Origin: a virus
Lineage: Duplodnaviria; Caudoviricetes
IMG/VR virus record: IMGVR_UViG_3300025141_000549
Location: 1 to 28,712 of that record
Length of the DNA stretch: 28,712 bases
Strand: one strand, 5' to 3'
The translations under genes and the position numbers were made by a program. The notes under the pieces are model-generated. The model was not told the origin of the DNA. It saw only the letters and a program-made list of their open reading frames with translations, and did not search any database. Positions 8,060-14,945 of the stretch are shown piece by piece. Numbering within the stretch: the first letter of the stretch is position 1; each line of letters starts with the position of its first letter.

Positions 8060-9153
8060 CAGTCTGGCATCCCATCAGTGTCAACGGTTCCGTCTGTGGG
8101 CAGGTCCAATTCTTTAGGCGGTTCATCTTCCCACATGGCCTGGCTGAATTCTTCCTGCTCTTTGGCAGTCCATTCAGCGTCTTCAGCCATCTGCTTCAGG
8201 TCAGCTTCCATGGCCAGTGTTTCAGGGTCAGGCCCTGCCATGGCCTGGTTGAATTCTTCCTGTTCTGCCTGTGCCTTCTCGACATCAGCAGCCATCTGGT
8301 TCAGATCGGCTTCAAAGTCACGCAGGTCAGAGACAACACCTTTGGCCTGCTCTGTGTTTTCAATATCATCCACGCTGACCATGTCGTGAGCCTTCAGGAC
8401 GTCCATGAAGCCATCTTCTGACCTGCCACGCAGCCCCTGCAGCCATGGCACAAACTTCTGGCCTTCTGCAGTCTTTATCCATGGCACAGGTTCAGGTGGT
8501 GGTGCCTGTTCGTCTGTGGGCTTCTCTGTGGACGCCACAGGGACATCTGGTGTCTGGGTGTTGACCACTTCAGCATGGACTTCCAGGACTTCCCCTGTTT
8601 CTTCGTCCACGCTGGCCCCCATTTCTTCTGGTGTGTAGATGCCAGCCAGAACATCGGCGAAGGTGGGACGGAAGGCGCCAGAGATACTACGCCACATCAG
8701 CATAGTGGCAGGCTGGCGTTTGTACTGGCTGCCCGTCTTATTAAGCAGGCCCATCCTGTCAGCGTCTTCAATCGTGAAGCAGAAGCTGAAGGGTTCCCTG
8801 TTCCTGCGTTTAACGGTACAGCATGCCTGCTGATCTGAGCGGTCCACCTTCCAGTTTTCTAATTGCCCTGTGCGTTCTGCCAGCGCCACCATAAGCTGTG
8901 GGCTAATAGTGGGTTTCCCCTGGATGACATTGATGGACCCAAAGGCTTCCATAGCCCCCAGTCCCAATTCCTGACCCTTCAGGATGATGGCCACGGCTGC
9001 TTCCTTCGTCCTGACGGACGGTGGGATCATCCCAGACTTGACCAGGGTGTCCCCAAGTGTCATCAACTGGTCCATCTGGCCCACTATGTCCAGGATGGAC
9101 ATCTGTGGCCTAATGGTGGGTGATTGCTGTCCCTCATGAATCTGCATGGTCAT
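8059..9153 (-). CDS. recT: RecT-like single-strand annealing protein
   Basis: LVKSGMIP...GQELGL..MEAFGSINVIQGKP...FTIEDADRMGL...QPATMLMWRSISGAFRPTFADVLAGIYTPEE; long acidic tail. ATG 9153 follows AGGGGG. Confidence 0.8.
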   Translation of the reverse strand: MTMQIHEGQQSPTIRPQMSILDIVGQMDQLMTLGDTLVKSGMIPPSVRTKEAAVAIILKGQELGLGAMEAFGSINVIQGKPTISPQLMVALAERTGQLENWKVDRSDQQACCTVKRRNREPFSFCFTIEDADRMGLLNKTGSQYKRQPATMLMWRSISGAFRPTFADVLAGIYTPEEMGASVDEETGEVLEVHAEVVNTQTPDVPVASTEKPTDEQAPPPEPVPWIKTAEGQKFVPWLQGLRGRSEDGFMDVLKAHDMVSVDDIENTEQAKGVVSDLRDFEADLNQMAADVEKAQAEQEEFNQAMAGPDPETLAMEADLKQMAEDAEWTAKEQEEFSQAMWEDEPPKELDLPTDGTVDTDGMPD

Positions 9154-9186
9154 ACTGTGCCCCCTGTGGTGTGATGGTGTCCTGTG

Positions 9187-9214
9187 AATATACAATTACT
9201 GTAGTGAACGTCAA
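9187..9214 (-). promoter_or_regulatory. Sigma70-like promoter for recT
   Basis: TTGACG-N16-TATATT on the minus strand. Same hexamers, spacing and internal CTACAG as the promoter at 10966-10993. Confidence 0.7.
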
Positions 9215-9432
9215 CCTGTTTCTTCTGGATCCCACCCGTCATCAATCGGGTCCACCTTGGCCACCCCGTAGACGTTCACAGGCAACGATCCATAGGTGTC
9301 CACGACTTCAATGGCTTCCTGTTTGGTTAGGCCATGGATGGCCACCAGGTCATCTGCTGTCAGTGACGGGTGGTGGACCACATCCATGGCTGCCTGCAGC
9401 CTGGCTGCTTTCTTTAACCTGATACGTGACAT
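9211..9432 (-). CDS. Hypothetical protein (N-terminus shared with the upstream gene)
   Basis: AAAGGAAGG RBS; begins MSRIRLKKAARLQAA. Confidence 0.6.
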   Translation of the reverse strand: MSRIRLKKAARLQAAMDVVHHPSLTADDLVAIHGLTKQEAIEVVDTYGSLPVNVYGVAKVDPIDDGWDPEETG

Positions 9433-9437
9433 GGTGT
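9386..9437. repeat. 52-bp direct repeat, copy 1
   Basis: 51/52 identical to 9682-9733; covers the start and first ~15 codons of the ORF. Confidence 0.95.
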
Positions 9438-9728
9438 GCCTTCCTTTATGTCCTGCCAGTGTTCGCCGTCAAGCAGGGCCTGGGCTGTGGTCACCACTGC
9501 GTCCCAGTGGGGCTGACAGATCAGGTGGACCCAGTTTTGACCATCCACGTCAATGCCCTGCCTGTTCAGCATGTTTTCAATGGCGCCAGCAATTATGTGT
9601 TTCTGCTCTGGCAGGGGTGCGAAGTGGCCACCATTGGCCAGGATCCGGACACGGTGGGCCTGATACACAATGGCCACCTGAATGGCTGCCTGCAGCCTGT
9701 CTGCTTTCTTTAACCTGATACGTGACAT
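9414..9728 (-). CDS. Hypothetical protein
   Basis: AGGAAAGGAA RBS; begins MSRIRLKKADRLQAA. Confidence 0.6.
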   Translation of the reverse strand: MSRIRLKKADRLQAAIQVAIVYQAHRVRILANGGHFAPLPEQKHIIAGAIENMLNRQGIDVDGQNWVHLICQPHWDAVVTTAQALLDGEHWQDIKEGTPCHVSG

Positions 9729-9733
9729 GGTGT
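9682..9733. repeat. 52-bp direct repeat, copy 2
   Basis: 51/52 identical to 9386-9437. Confidence 0.95.
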
Positions 9734-9758
9734 TCCTTTCCTGAGAGTGATGGCCCGT

Positions 9759-10031
9759 TCAGTGCCTGGGCTGGTGCTGGCTGATTGAACTGTTAATGAT
9801 GGCCCCAGAGTCATCCATCATAATCCACTGCTCCATAATCACTTCACTGCTGTCTGCTTTGGTGGTGACGTCCACCATGAAGACATGGGTGGCAGTACAC
9901 CAGTTGGCAGCTTCTTGGTCCCCACCTTCTCTGGGTGGGAAGACGTCTGGGTCTCTGGGTGGACTCAATGTCATAGTGATGGTGTGGTCTGACATCAATG
10001 AATGTACGGTCTTCATCTGTGCGCTGTTCAT
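9759..10031 (-). CDS. Hypothetical protein
   Basis: ATG 10031 directly after the conserved leader CACACCACCACAGAAGGGAAGACGCC. Confidence 0.6.
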   Translation of the reverse strand: MNSAQMKTVHSLMSDHTITMTLSPPRDPDVFPPREGGDQEAANWCTATHVFMVDVTTKADSSEVIMEQWIMMDDSGAIINSSISQHQPRH

Positions 10032-10039
10032 GGCGTCTT

Positions 10040-10133
10040 CCCTTCTGTGGTGGTGTGAATGTCTGGGTGGACTTTGGACCACCCCTGTCCTTTAATGCCC
10101 CCGAAGGGGCACCCATCAGGATTATAGTGGCAA
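10040..10133. repeat. 94-bp perfect direct repeat, copy 1 (gene end + UUCG hairpin + leader/RBS)
   Basis: Identical to 10647-10740. Confidence 0.97.
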
Positions 10134-10442
10134 TTCGGACGGGTTCAGGGCATCAACACGCAACTGACAGGCTTCTGTCCACTGCTTCTGCAGGTCAATC
10201 ACAATGCGTTTCAAGGGGCTATGGACGCCACTACCACCCTCCATGTCATTTAAGGAGTCTTCGAAACCCTCATTGTTTTTGTGGTGGTCATCCAGTATGC
10301 GCCAGACCAATTCAGCTTCTTCAATAGTCCAGACGGGGGCCACGGGTGGGTCCTCTCTGACTTCCTGTTCTATTTGTGCCTTCATGGCCCTTGCGTCTTC
10401 TACGTCTGCCACGTTTGGGTTTCTGTGTTCTGTGCGGTTCAT
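10122..10442 (-). CDS. Hypothetical acidic protein
   Basis: ATG 10442 after the same leader; ends LPL* inside the 94-bp repeat. Confidence 0.6.
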   Translation of the reverse strand: MNRTEHRNPNVADVEDARAMKAQIEQEVREDPPVAPVWTIEEAELVWRILDDHHKNNEGFEDSLNDMEGGSGVHSPLKRIVIDLQKQWTEACQLRVDALNPSELPL

Positions 10443-10636
10443 AGCGTCTTCCCTTCTGTGGTGGTGTGATTGTGTTCCACGATTTTCCACGCTTCAACTT
10501 CGGTAATCTCGTTCTTGGCAACTCGTTCCAGTATTTCAATAGGCATCCCATCGAGCGATTTTAACCCCACACATTTATGCAAGTCAAAATCATATCCAAT
10601 GGCTTGACATCGGGTGCATTTATAGTGGTGTGCCAT
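10439..10636 (-). CDS. Small Cys-containing hypothetical protein
   Basis: ATG 10636 after the leader CACACCACCACAGAAGGGG. CTRC...HKC; stop overlaps the next ATG. Confidence 0.55.
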   Translation of the reverse strand: MAHHYKCTRCQAIGYDFDLHKCVGLKSLDGMPIEILERVAKNEITEVEAWKIVEHNHTTTEGKTL

Positions 10637-10646
10637 GGTTCTGTGC

Positions 10647-10740
10647 CCCTTCTGTGGTGGTGTGAATGTCTGGGTGGACTTTGGACCACCCCTGTCCTTT
10701 AATGCCCCCGAAGGGGCACCCATCAGGATTATAGTGGCAA
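10647..10740. repeat. 94-bp perfect direct repeat, copy 2
   Basis: Identical to 10040-10133. Confidence 0.97.
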
Positions 10741-10911
10741 CGGTTTTTTGGTCACCCGTTCATTCCTGATGATGTCTTGACCTGCCCATGCCTTGAATTC
10801 GGTCACCCATTTATTTAATGACACCATATCTGGGAATGTGACACTGCATGTCACTTCCATGGTCTGGCCTACGATGTCAGCATCTTTTTCATAAGTGAGA
10901 AGGAAAAGCAT
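10729..10911 (-). CDS. Hypothetical protein, first gene of the leftward operon
   Basis: GAAAGGA RBS; ends LPL* inside the 94-bp repeat. Confidence 0.55.
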   Translation of the reverse strand: MLFLLTYEKDADIVGQTMEVTCSVTFPDMVSLNKWVTEFKAWAGQDIIRNERVTKKPLPL

Positions 10912-10965
10912 TTTAAATCCTTTCTGTTGCGGTGAAGTGTTGGCCTGCTCTGTCCTACACCATGA

Positions 10966-10993
10966 AATATACAGATTCTGTAGGCACCGTCAA
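10966..10993 (-). promoter_or_regulatory. Leftward early promoter with palindromic operator candidate
   Basis: TTGACG-N16-TATATT. Palindrome TACAGA-T-TCTGTA at 10970-10982 overlaps the spacer and -10. Confidence 0.7.
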
Positions 10994-11022
10994 GGGGAAA
11001 AATACACCAGATACATTTTTTA

Positions 11023-11051
11023 TTGCCATTTAATAGGCACCCCTATATATT
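11023..11051 (+). promoter_or_regulatory. Rightward early promoter
   Basis: TTGCCA-N17-TATATT, preceded by an AT-rich tract; divergent from the leftward promoter. Confidence 0.65.
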
Positions 11052-11097
11052 GGGTGGTGTGGGAACATGGACACACTACATATAGGGAGCAGATGAA

Positions 11098-11415
11098 ATG
11101 ACACTGGGAGAAATCCGAAAAGACTTAGCAGCCATAGACCAGGACACACTGAAGGAACTGCAGGACCTGGTGTCTGAAGTGGAAGACATCAACGGCCCCA
11201 GACCCTGGGTGACGGAAGACAGGAATGTCAAGCTGGTTGACTGGTATAAGACACAGGACAGGGACAAGCTGGCCACGCATCTGGGCATAGGGCCAAACTA
11301 CTTGTCCAACATCATCCATGGAAACGTGAAGCCTTCAGACCGCATTGTGTCTGCTCTGGCTGGCATGGTCAGGCGCTCCACGGGCTGCGCCATTGTGACG
11401 TTTCCTGACTACTAA
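11098..11415 (+). CDS. XRE/Cro-like helix-turn-helix regulator
   Basis: RDKLATHLGIGPNYLSNIIHGNVKPS is a typical XRE HTH; first gene of the rightward operon. Confidence 0.75.
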   Translation: MTLGEIRKDLAAIDQDTLKELQDLVSEVEDINGPRPWVTEDRNVKLVDWYKTQDRDKLATHLGIGPNYLSNIIHGNVKPSDRIVSALAGMVRRSTGCAIVTFPDY

Positions 11416-11424
11416 ACCAACACC

Positions 11425-11488
11425 TGGGGTGGTGGGATTCCCTCTGGACTGCGGGTGTGCCCCCTGCGGTCCCTGCCCTGCCACCCCA
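11425..11488 (+). other. Intergenic long hairpin
   Basis: TGGGGTGGTGGG/CCTGCCACCCCA outer stem and GGACTGCGGG/CCTGCGGTCC inner stem, with G-U pairs. Confidence 0.6.
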
Positions 11489-11649
11489 TGGCTTACAATG
11501 GGGGTATTGTGCCAATTTCAAATGAACCACTACCAAAACACGCCAGGGACCTGTTCACAGCCATTAATGGTATCAAAGACAAGCACCAGGTGGTCAGGAA
11601 GCATAAGAAGGAAGCGCCTGTCAGGGCAGGACACCAGGGCAGACGCTGA
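11488..11649 (+). CDS. Possible small basic protein
   Basis: Fills the gap before the replication gene, but has no clear RBS. Confidence 0.3.
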   Translation: MAYNGGIVPISNEPLPKHARDLFTAINGIKDKHQVVRKHKKEAPVRAGHQGRR

Positions 11650-11736
11650 AAAATTACGTGACAAGACCAGAAGCCTGGGGCATATTAAACGGAAACCTAC
11701 CACAACACATCCATCACAGAAGAAGAAGGGGGCACA

Positions 11737-12651
11737 GTGATGATTCATGCATTCCACCATGGACTGGCAGTGGCCACTGGTGTGCCAGCAGCAGTCATCC
11801 ACCAGGAAATCCTGCGTTGGTGTCAGTACAATCAGAAGGACGAAAACGAAGACCTGCGCCATAACGGTATATATTGGATGTACACCACCCACAGCAGGCT
11901 TCACAAGCACCTTCCATTCTACAGTATCAGCACAATTAAACGCTCCATGGCCACCCTTCTGGATGCAGGATTGATCCTGACACGGCCAAGGGGGCTGGAT
12001 AATCCCAAGTCATTGTTATATCACGCCTTACCCCATGACACCAGCTTGGGTCAAAATGACACCACGAAAACTGAACCACCTGGTATCAAAACGACACCAC
12101 TGAAGGGTCAAAATGAACCAGATGGTGGTGTCAAAATGAACTCACTGAACATAGGTAACAACATAGGTAAACAAGAAAAGCTGGCGGGTGCGCCTGCGCA
12201 CGAAGAACAGGCTGAAGACGGTCGTACGCATTCCATGAAGCCCATGGGTGTGGTCATCAGGTTCTATGACAGGCTGGGGAAGGAACCAGAAGCCAGGTGG
12301 CTGGGGAAGGATGAACAGCGGGCTGCGTCACTGATGCTGGCAGGATTCAATCCAGACCAGATTGTGGGGGTTATAGACAAACGCAGGGACATTCAGGGAA
12401 TGCACTACCTATCCCTGGACCTGATGCAGGAACTGTACCCACACCTTGAACTGGATCAGGGAGCACTGGACGCCACCAGGAAACAGTTGGCTTCCTATGA
12501 CGAAGTGGAACCTGCAGAACCAGAAATGGCCATGGCTGCGATTCAGGACATAAAGGCGCAGTTGACACCTAATGACCAGCCTGAACCCGAAGAACTGACT
12601 GACAGGGAAGCGTCTGAACGATACGGAAACGGGAAGGACCTACCATGGTAA
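11737..12651 (+). CDS. Phage replication initiator (N-terminal winged helix)
   Basis: HAF...AVATGVPAAVI...GIYWMYTT...LPFYSISTIKRSMATLLDAGLI is a typical phage initiator N-terminus; internal iterons; GAAGGGGG RBS. Confidence 0.75.
   Translation: MMIHAFHHGLAVATGVPAAVIHQEILRWCQYNQKDENEDLRHNGIYWMYTTHSRLHKHLPFYSISTIKRSMATLLDAGLILTRPRGLDNPKSLLYHALPHDTSLGQNDTTKTEPPGIKTTPLKGQNEPDGGVKMNSLNIGNNIGKQEKLAGAPAHEEQAEDGRTHSMKPMGVVIRFYDRLGKEPEARWLGKDEQRAASLMLAGFNPDQIVGVIDKRRDIQGMHYLSLDLMQELYPHLELDQGALDATRKQLASYDEVEPAEPEMAMAAIQDIKAQLTPNDQPEPEELTDREASERYGNGKDLPW
12051..12170 (+). repeat. Iteron cluster, probable replication origin
   Basis: TCAAAA(T/C)GA-type repeats at 12051, 12086, 12108 and 12131, then AACATAGGTAA twice (12148, 12160), all inside the initiator gene as in lambda O. 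Confidence 0.75.
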
Positions 12652-13814
12652 CGTATGCGTCTTTTTTCTCTGGGATAGGCGGTTTTGACCTTGGCTTTGA
12701 TAGGGCTGGAATGGAATGTAGCCTGCAGGTGGAAATGGATGACAGGGCACGGGGTATCTTGACCAGACACTGGCCAGATGTCCCAAAACTACAGGATGTG
12801 CGTGATGTCACAACCACAGATTTTGGAGCAGCAACAGTTGCAGTTGGGGGATTCCCCTGTCAAGACGTTTCACTTTCTGGAAAGCGCAAAGGCCTGGCTG
12901 GAGAACGGTCGGGAATGTGGTTTGAATTCCACCGAATTCTTCAACAAAATACACCAGACTGGGTGGTCATTGAGAACGTCCCTGGCTTATTATCAAGTAA
13001 CGGGGGCAGGGACCTTGCCACCATCCTTCACGGGCTGGGGAAATGCGGGTATCTATGCGCCTGGCGAGTCCTTGACTCTCAATTCTTCGGAATCCCACAA
13101 CGGCGGCGCAGGGTCTTCATTGTTGGGCATTTTGGAACAGGAAGTGCCGCCGAAGTACTTTTTGAGTCAGAAAGCATGTCGAGGGATTCTGACAAGGATA
13201 GAAAGAAGGGAAAGCAGGCCCCCACGCTTACTTCTTCAGGCGCTGGAATGTCAAGGTGCGGTGGCGGGGCAGGAGCAGAAGCAGGATTCTACGTGACAGT
13301 GGCACATGGCATCAATGAGCAAATAGACACGGGAGTCTGTCCCACAGTGAAGCCAGGGACACAATCAGTGGTGGCTGGGTCCATGGTCACATATTCCACG
13401 CCTGCCATCGGTATAGTGAAGGAAGATGATGTGGCAATGACCATGCAGGCAGCATCAGGTGGACGGGGTGAATCACAGAACCCCGCTTATGTGGTCCAGG
13501 CGCAGCCAATAACAGATGGCAGGGCCATTCCTGATGGTCACACCCTTGGCGTCAGAAGATTGACACCTGTGGAATGCTGCAGGCTTCAAGGGTTTCCAGA
13601 TGACTGGAATGACGGCCAGCCAGACGGTCCCAGATATAAACAACTGGGGAATGCGGTGTCTGTGCCTGTGGCGCAGTGGATAGGCAGGCGCCTGGTGGCA
13701 GCACAGGTGAAGCTGGACCTGGAAGCCTTCCCTGCCCCAAGTGGAACCATTGGTGGCATGATGGATGATGCCACGATTGACATAGCCACCAATAGGGAAG
13801 GCTTGACGGGGTGA
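12645..13814 (+). CDS. DNA (cytosine-5)-methyltransferase
   Basis: Motifs I FSGIGG, IV GGFPCQDVS, VI ENVPG, VIII QRRRRVF, IX RRLTPVECCRLQGFPD and X LGNAV. Confidence 0.95.
   Translation: MVTYASFFSGIGGFDLGFDRAGMECSLQVEMDDRARGILTRHWPDVPKLQDVRDVTTTDFGAATVAVGGFPCQDVSLSGKRKGLAGERSGMWFEFHRILQQNTPDWVVIENVPGLLSSNGGRDLATILHGLGKCGYLCAWRVLDSQFFGIPQRRRRVFIVGHFGTGSAAEVLFESESMSRDSDKDRKKGKQAPTLTSSGAGMSRCGGGAGAEAGFYVTVAHGINEQIDTGVCPTVKPGTQSVVAGSMVTYSTPAIGIVKEDDVAMTMQAASGGRGESQNPAYVVQAQPITDGRAIPDGHTLGVRRLTPVECCRLQGFPDDWNDGQPDGPRYKQLGNAVSVPVAQWIGRRLVAAQVKLDLEAFPAPSGTIGGMMDDATIDIATNREGLTG
12778..13296 (+). CDS. Nested alternative-frame ORF, M.EcoHK31I beta-subunit-like
   Basis: 172-codon +1-frame ORF wholly inside the MTase, ending SSLLGILEQEVPPKYFLSQKACRGILTRIERR...LLQAL. 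Start uncertain. Confidence 0.6.
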   Translation: MSQNYRMCVMSQPQILEQQQLQLGDSPVKTFHFLESAKAWLENGRECGLNSTEFFNKIHQTGWSLRTSLAYYQVTGAGTLPPSFTGWGNAGIYAPGESLTLNSSESHNGGAGSSLLGILEQEVPPKYFLSQKACRGILTRIERRESRPPRLLLQALECQGAVAGQEQKQDST

Positions 13815-13815
13815 T

Positions 13816-14298
13816 ATGGTCAACAGTAGAACGTCTTTTCATGAAGGCAGCCCCCGTCAGCGCATATTATCAGAAGGCCATGATGATGTGGGCATGGCGG
13901 GTGAAGTGGCCTTCCTGGAATGGGCTGGGGAACTGGGATCCGGCCCGAACATCCACAAATTGACCCCTGGTGGTGACGGGGGCTGGGACGTGGTGACGCC
14001 AGTGGGAACAGTGGACGTGAAGACAGCCAGGCGTCCCTTCTACCTGTTCAGGGAATATGCCAGGGCGGTCCAGGCAGACATTATGGTCCTGGCGCACTAC
14101 AGGGGTAAAGGTAAGCCTGTCAGGTTCATGGGATGGGAATGGTCCTTCGTCCTACTGGCCTGTCAGGTGAAAGAACACGGCCATGGCATAAAGAACCATC
14201 AACTGAAGCAGGACATGCTACAGCCCATGGCAAAATTGAAGCTATTGATGCAGGGCCTACCATTATGTGACAAGTGGGCAGACATTCACCAGGAATAG
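13816..14298 (+). CDS. Putative PD-(D/E)XK nuclease-fold protein
   Basis: GMAGEVAF...DGGWDVVTPVGTVDVKT fits E...D...DxK; starts 1 nt after the MTase stop. Confidence 0.55.
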   Translation: MVNSRTSFHEGSPRQRILSEGHDDVGMAGEVAFLEWAGELGSGPNIHKLTPGGDGGWDVVTPVGTVDVKTARRPFYLFREYARAVQADIMVLAHYRGKGKPVRFMGWEWSFVLLACQVKEHGHGIKNHQLKQDMLQPMAKLKLLMQGLPLCDKWADIHQE

Positions 14299-14311
14299 AA
14301 GGGGGACTGAC

Positions 14312-14533
14312 ATGGGTGGTATATTCAAATTTATTGGGAAGAACGCTGGGAAGGTCATTGGGACAGTCACGGGCCTGCCCATTGCGGGGGCTATAGGTGG
14401 CGCAGGTGTAGAAGCAGCGACAGAAGGAACGCCACCTGTGGACACGCTGGAAGGTGCAGTGGTGGGTCTGGTATTCGCCATCCTGACAGTGGTCAAGCAG
14501 TATAAGGCAGCGCAGAAACGGGGTGATGCCTGA
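14312..14533 (+). CDS. Small Gly-rich membrane protein
   Basis: ATG 14312 after GAAGGGGG. Amphipathic N-terminus, TM stretch AVVGLVFAILTVV, basic tail. Confidence 0.6.
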   Translation: MGGIFKFIGKNAGKVIGTVTGLPIAGAIGGAGVEAATEGTPPVDTLEGAVVGLVFAILTVVKQYKAAQKRGDA

Positions 14534-14730
14534 TGAAGAACAGCATGAACCCCCACAGGGTGGCCACTATAGGCGCCATCAATAAGCGAATACGTGCAGA
14601 CTTAGCCACCCTGGCCACCTTTAAAGGCCTGAACTTCCCATCCATAAGTAGTGACGTCCAGGCCAGGGTAGATAGTGACCAGCAGGCAGTCAGGGACCTG
14701 GGTGGCACACCAGAAGTGGCGGTGACTTGA
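14533..14730 (+). CDS. Hypothetical protein
   Basis: TGATG coupling on both sides. Confidence 0.5.
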   Translation: MKNSMNPHRVATIGAINKRIRADLATLATFKGLNFPSISSDVQARVDSDQQAVRDLGGTPEVAVT

Positions 14731-14945
14731 TGGGATCCGGCAGAAATATGGGATGCCGTCAGAAGGTCTTGCGCCCAAGTGAAGTGCCTGAGAAGATGAC
14801 AGCCAGGAAGAAGTTGAAGGTGCGCAGGGCCAAGCGAAGCGCTGAGAACCTGAAGATGAACATGAACAGGGGGCTGGGTCAGGCACTGCTGGCCATGGCT
14901 GGCTTCGGGGAAGGGTCTACTGATAAACCACGGGGTGACAAGTGA
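14730..14945 (+). CDS. Small basic hypothetical protein
   Basis: TGATG overlap at the start and GTGA overlap at the end. Confidence 0.45.
   Translation: MGSGRNMGCRQKVLRPSEVPEKMTARKKLKVRRAKRSAENLKMNMNRGLGQALLAMAGFGEGSTDKPRGDK

Noticed and set aside
10095-10110. UUCG hairpin as an intrinsic terminator
   Set aside because: Followed by TTAAAGG on the coding strand, not a U-tract; more likely a stabilising or processing hairpin.
9386-10740. Repeats as a CRISPR array or integron attC sites
   Set aside because: Copies are few, of different types, and separated by whole genes. No cas gene or integron integrase, and no clear attC RYYYAAC/GTTRRRY ends.
11067-11096. 9-codon uORF before the XRE gene
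   Set aside because: Too close to the predicted transcription start and has no clear RBS; compatible with chance.
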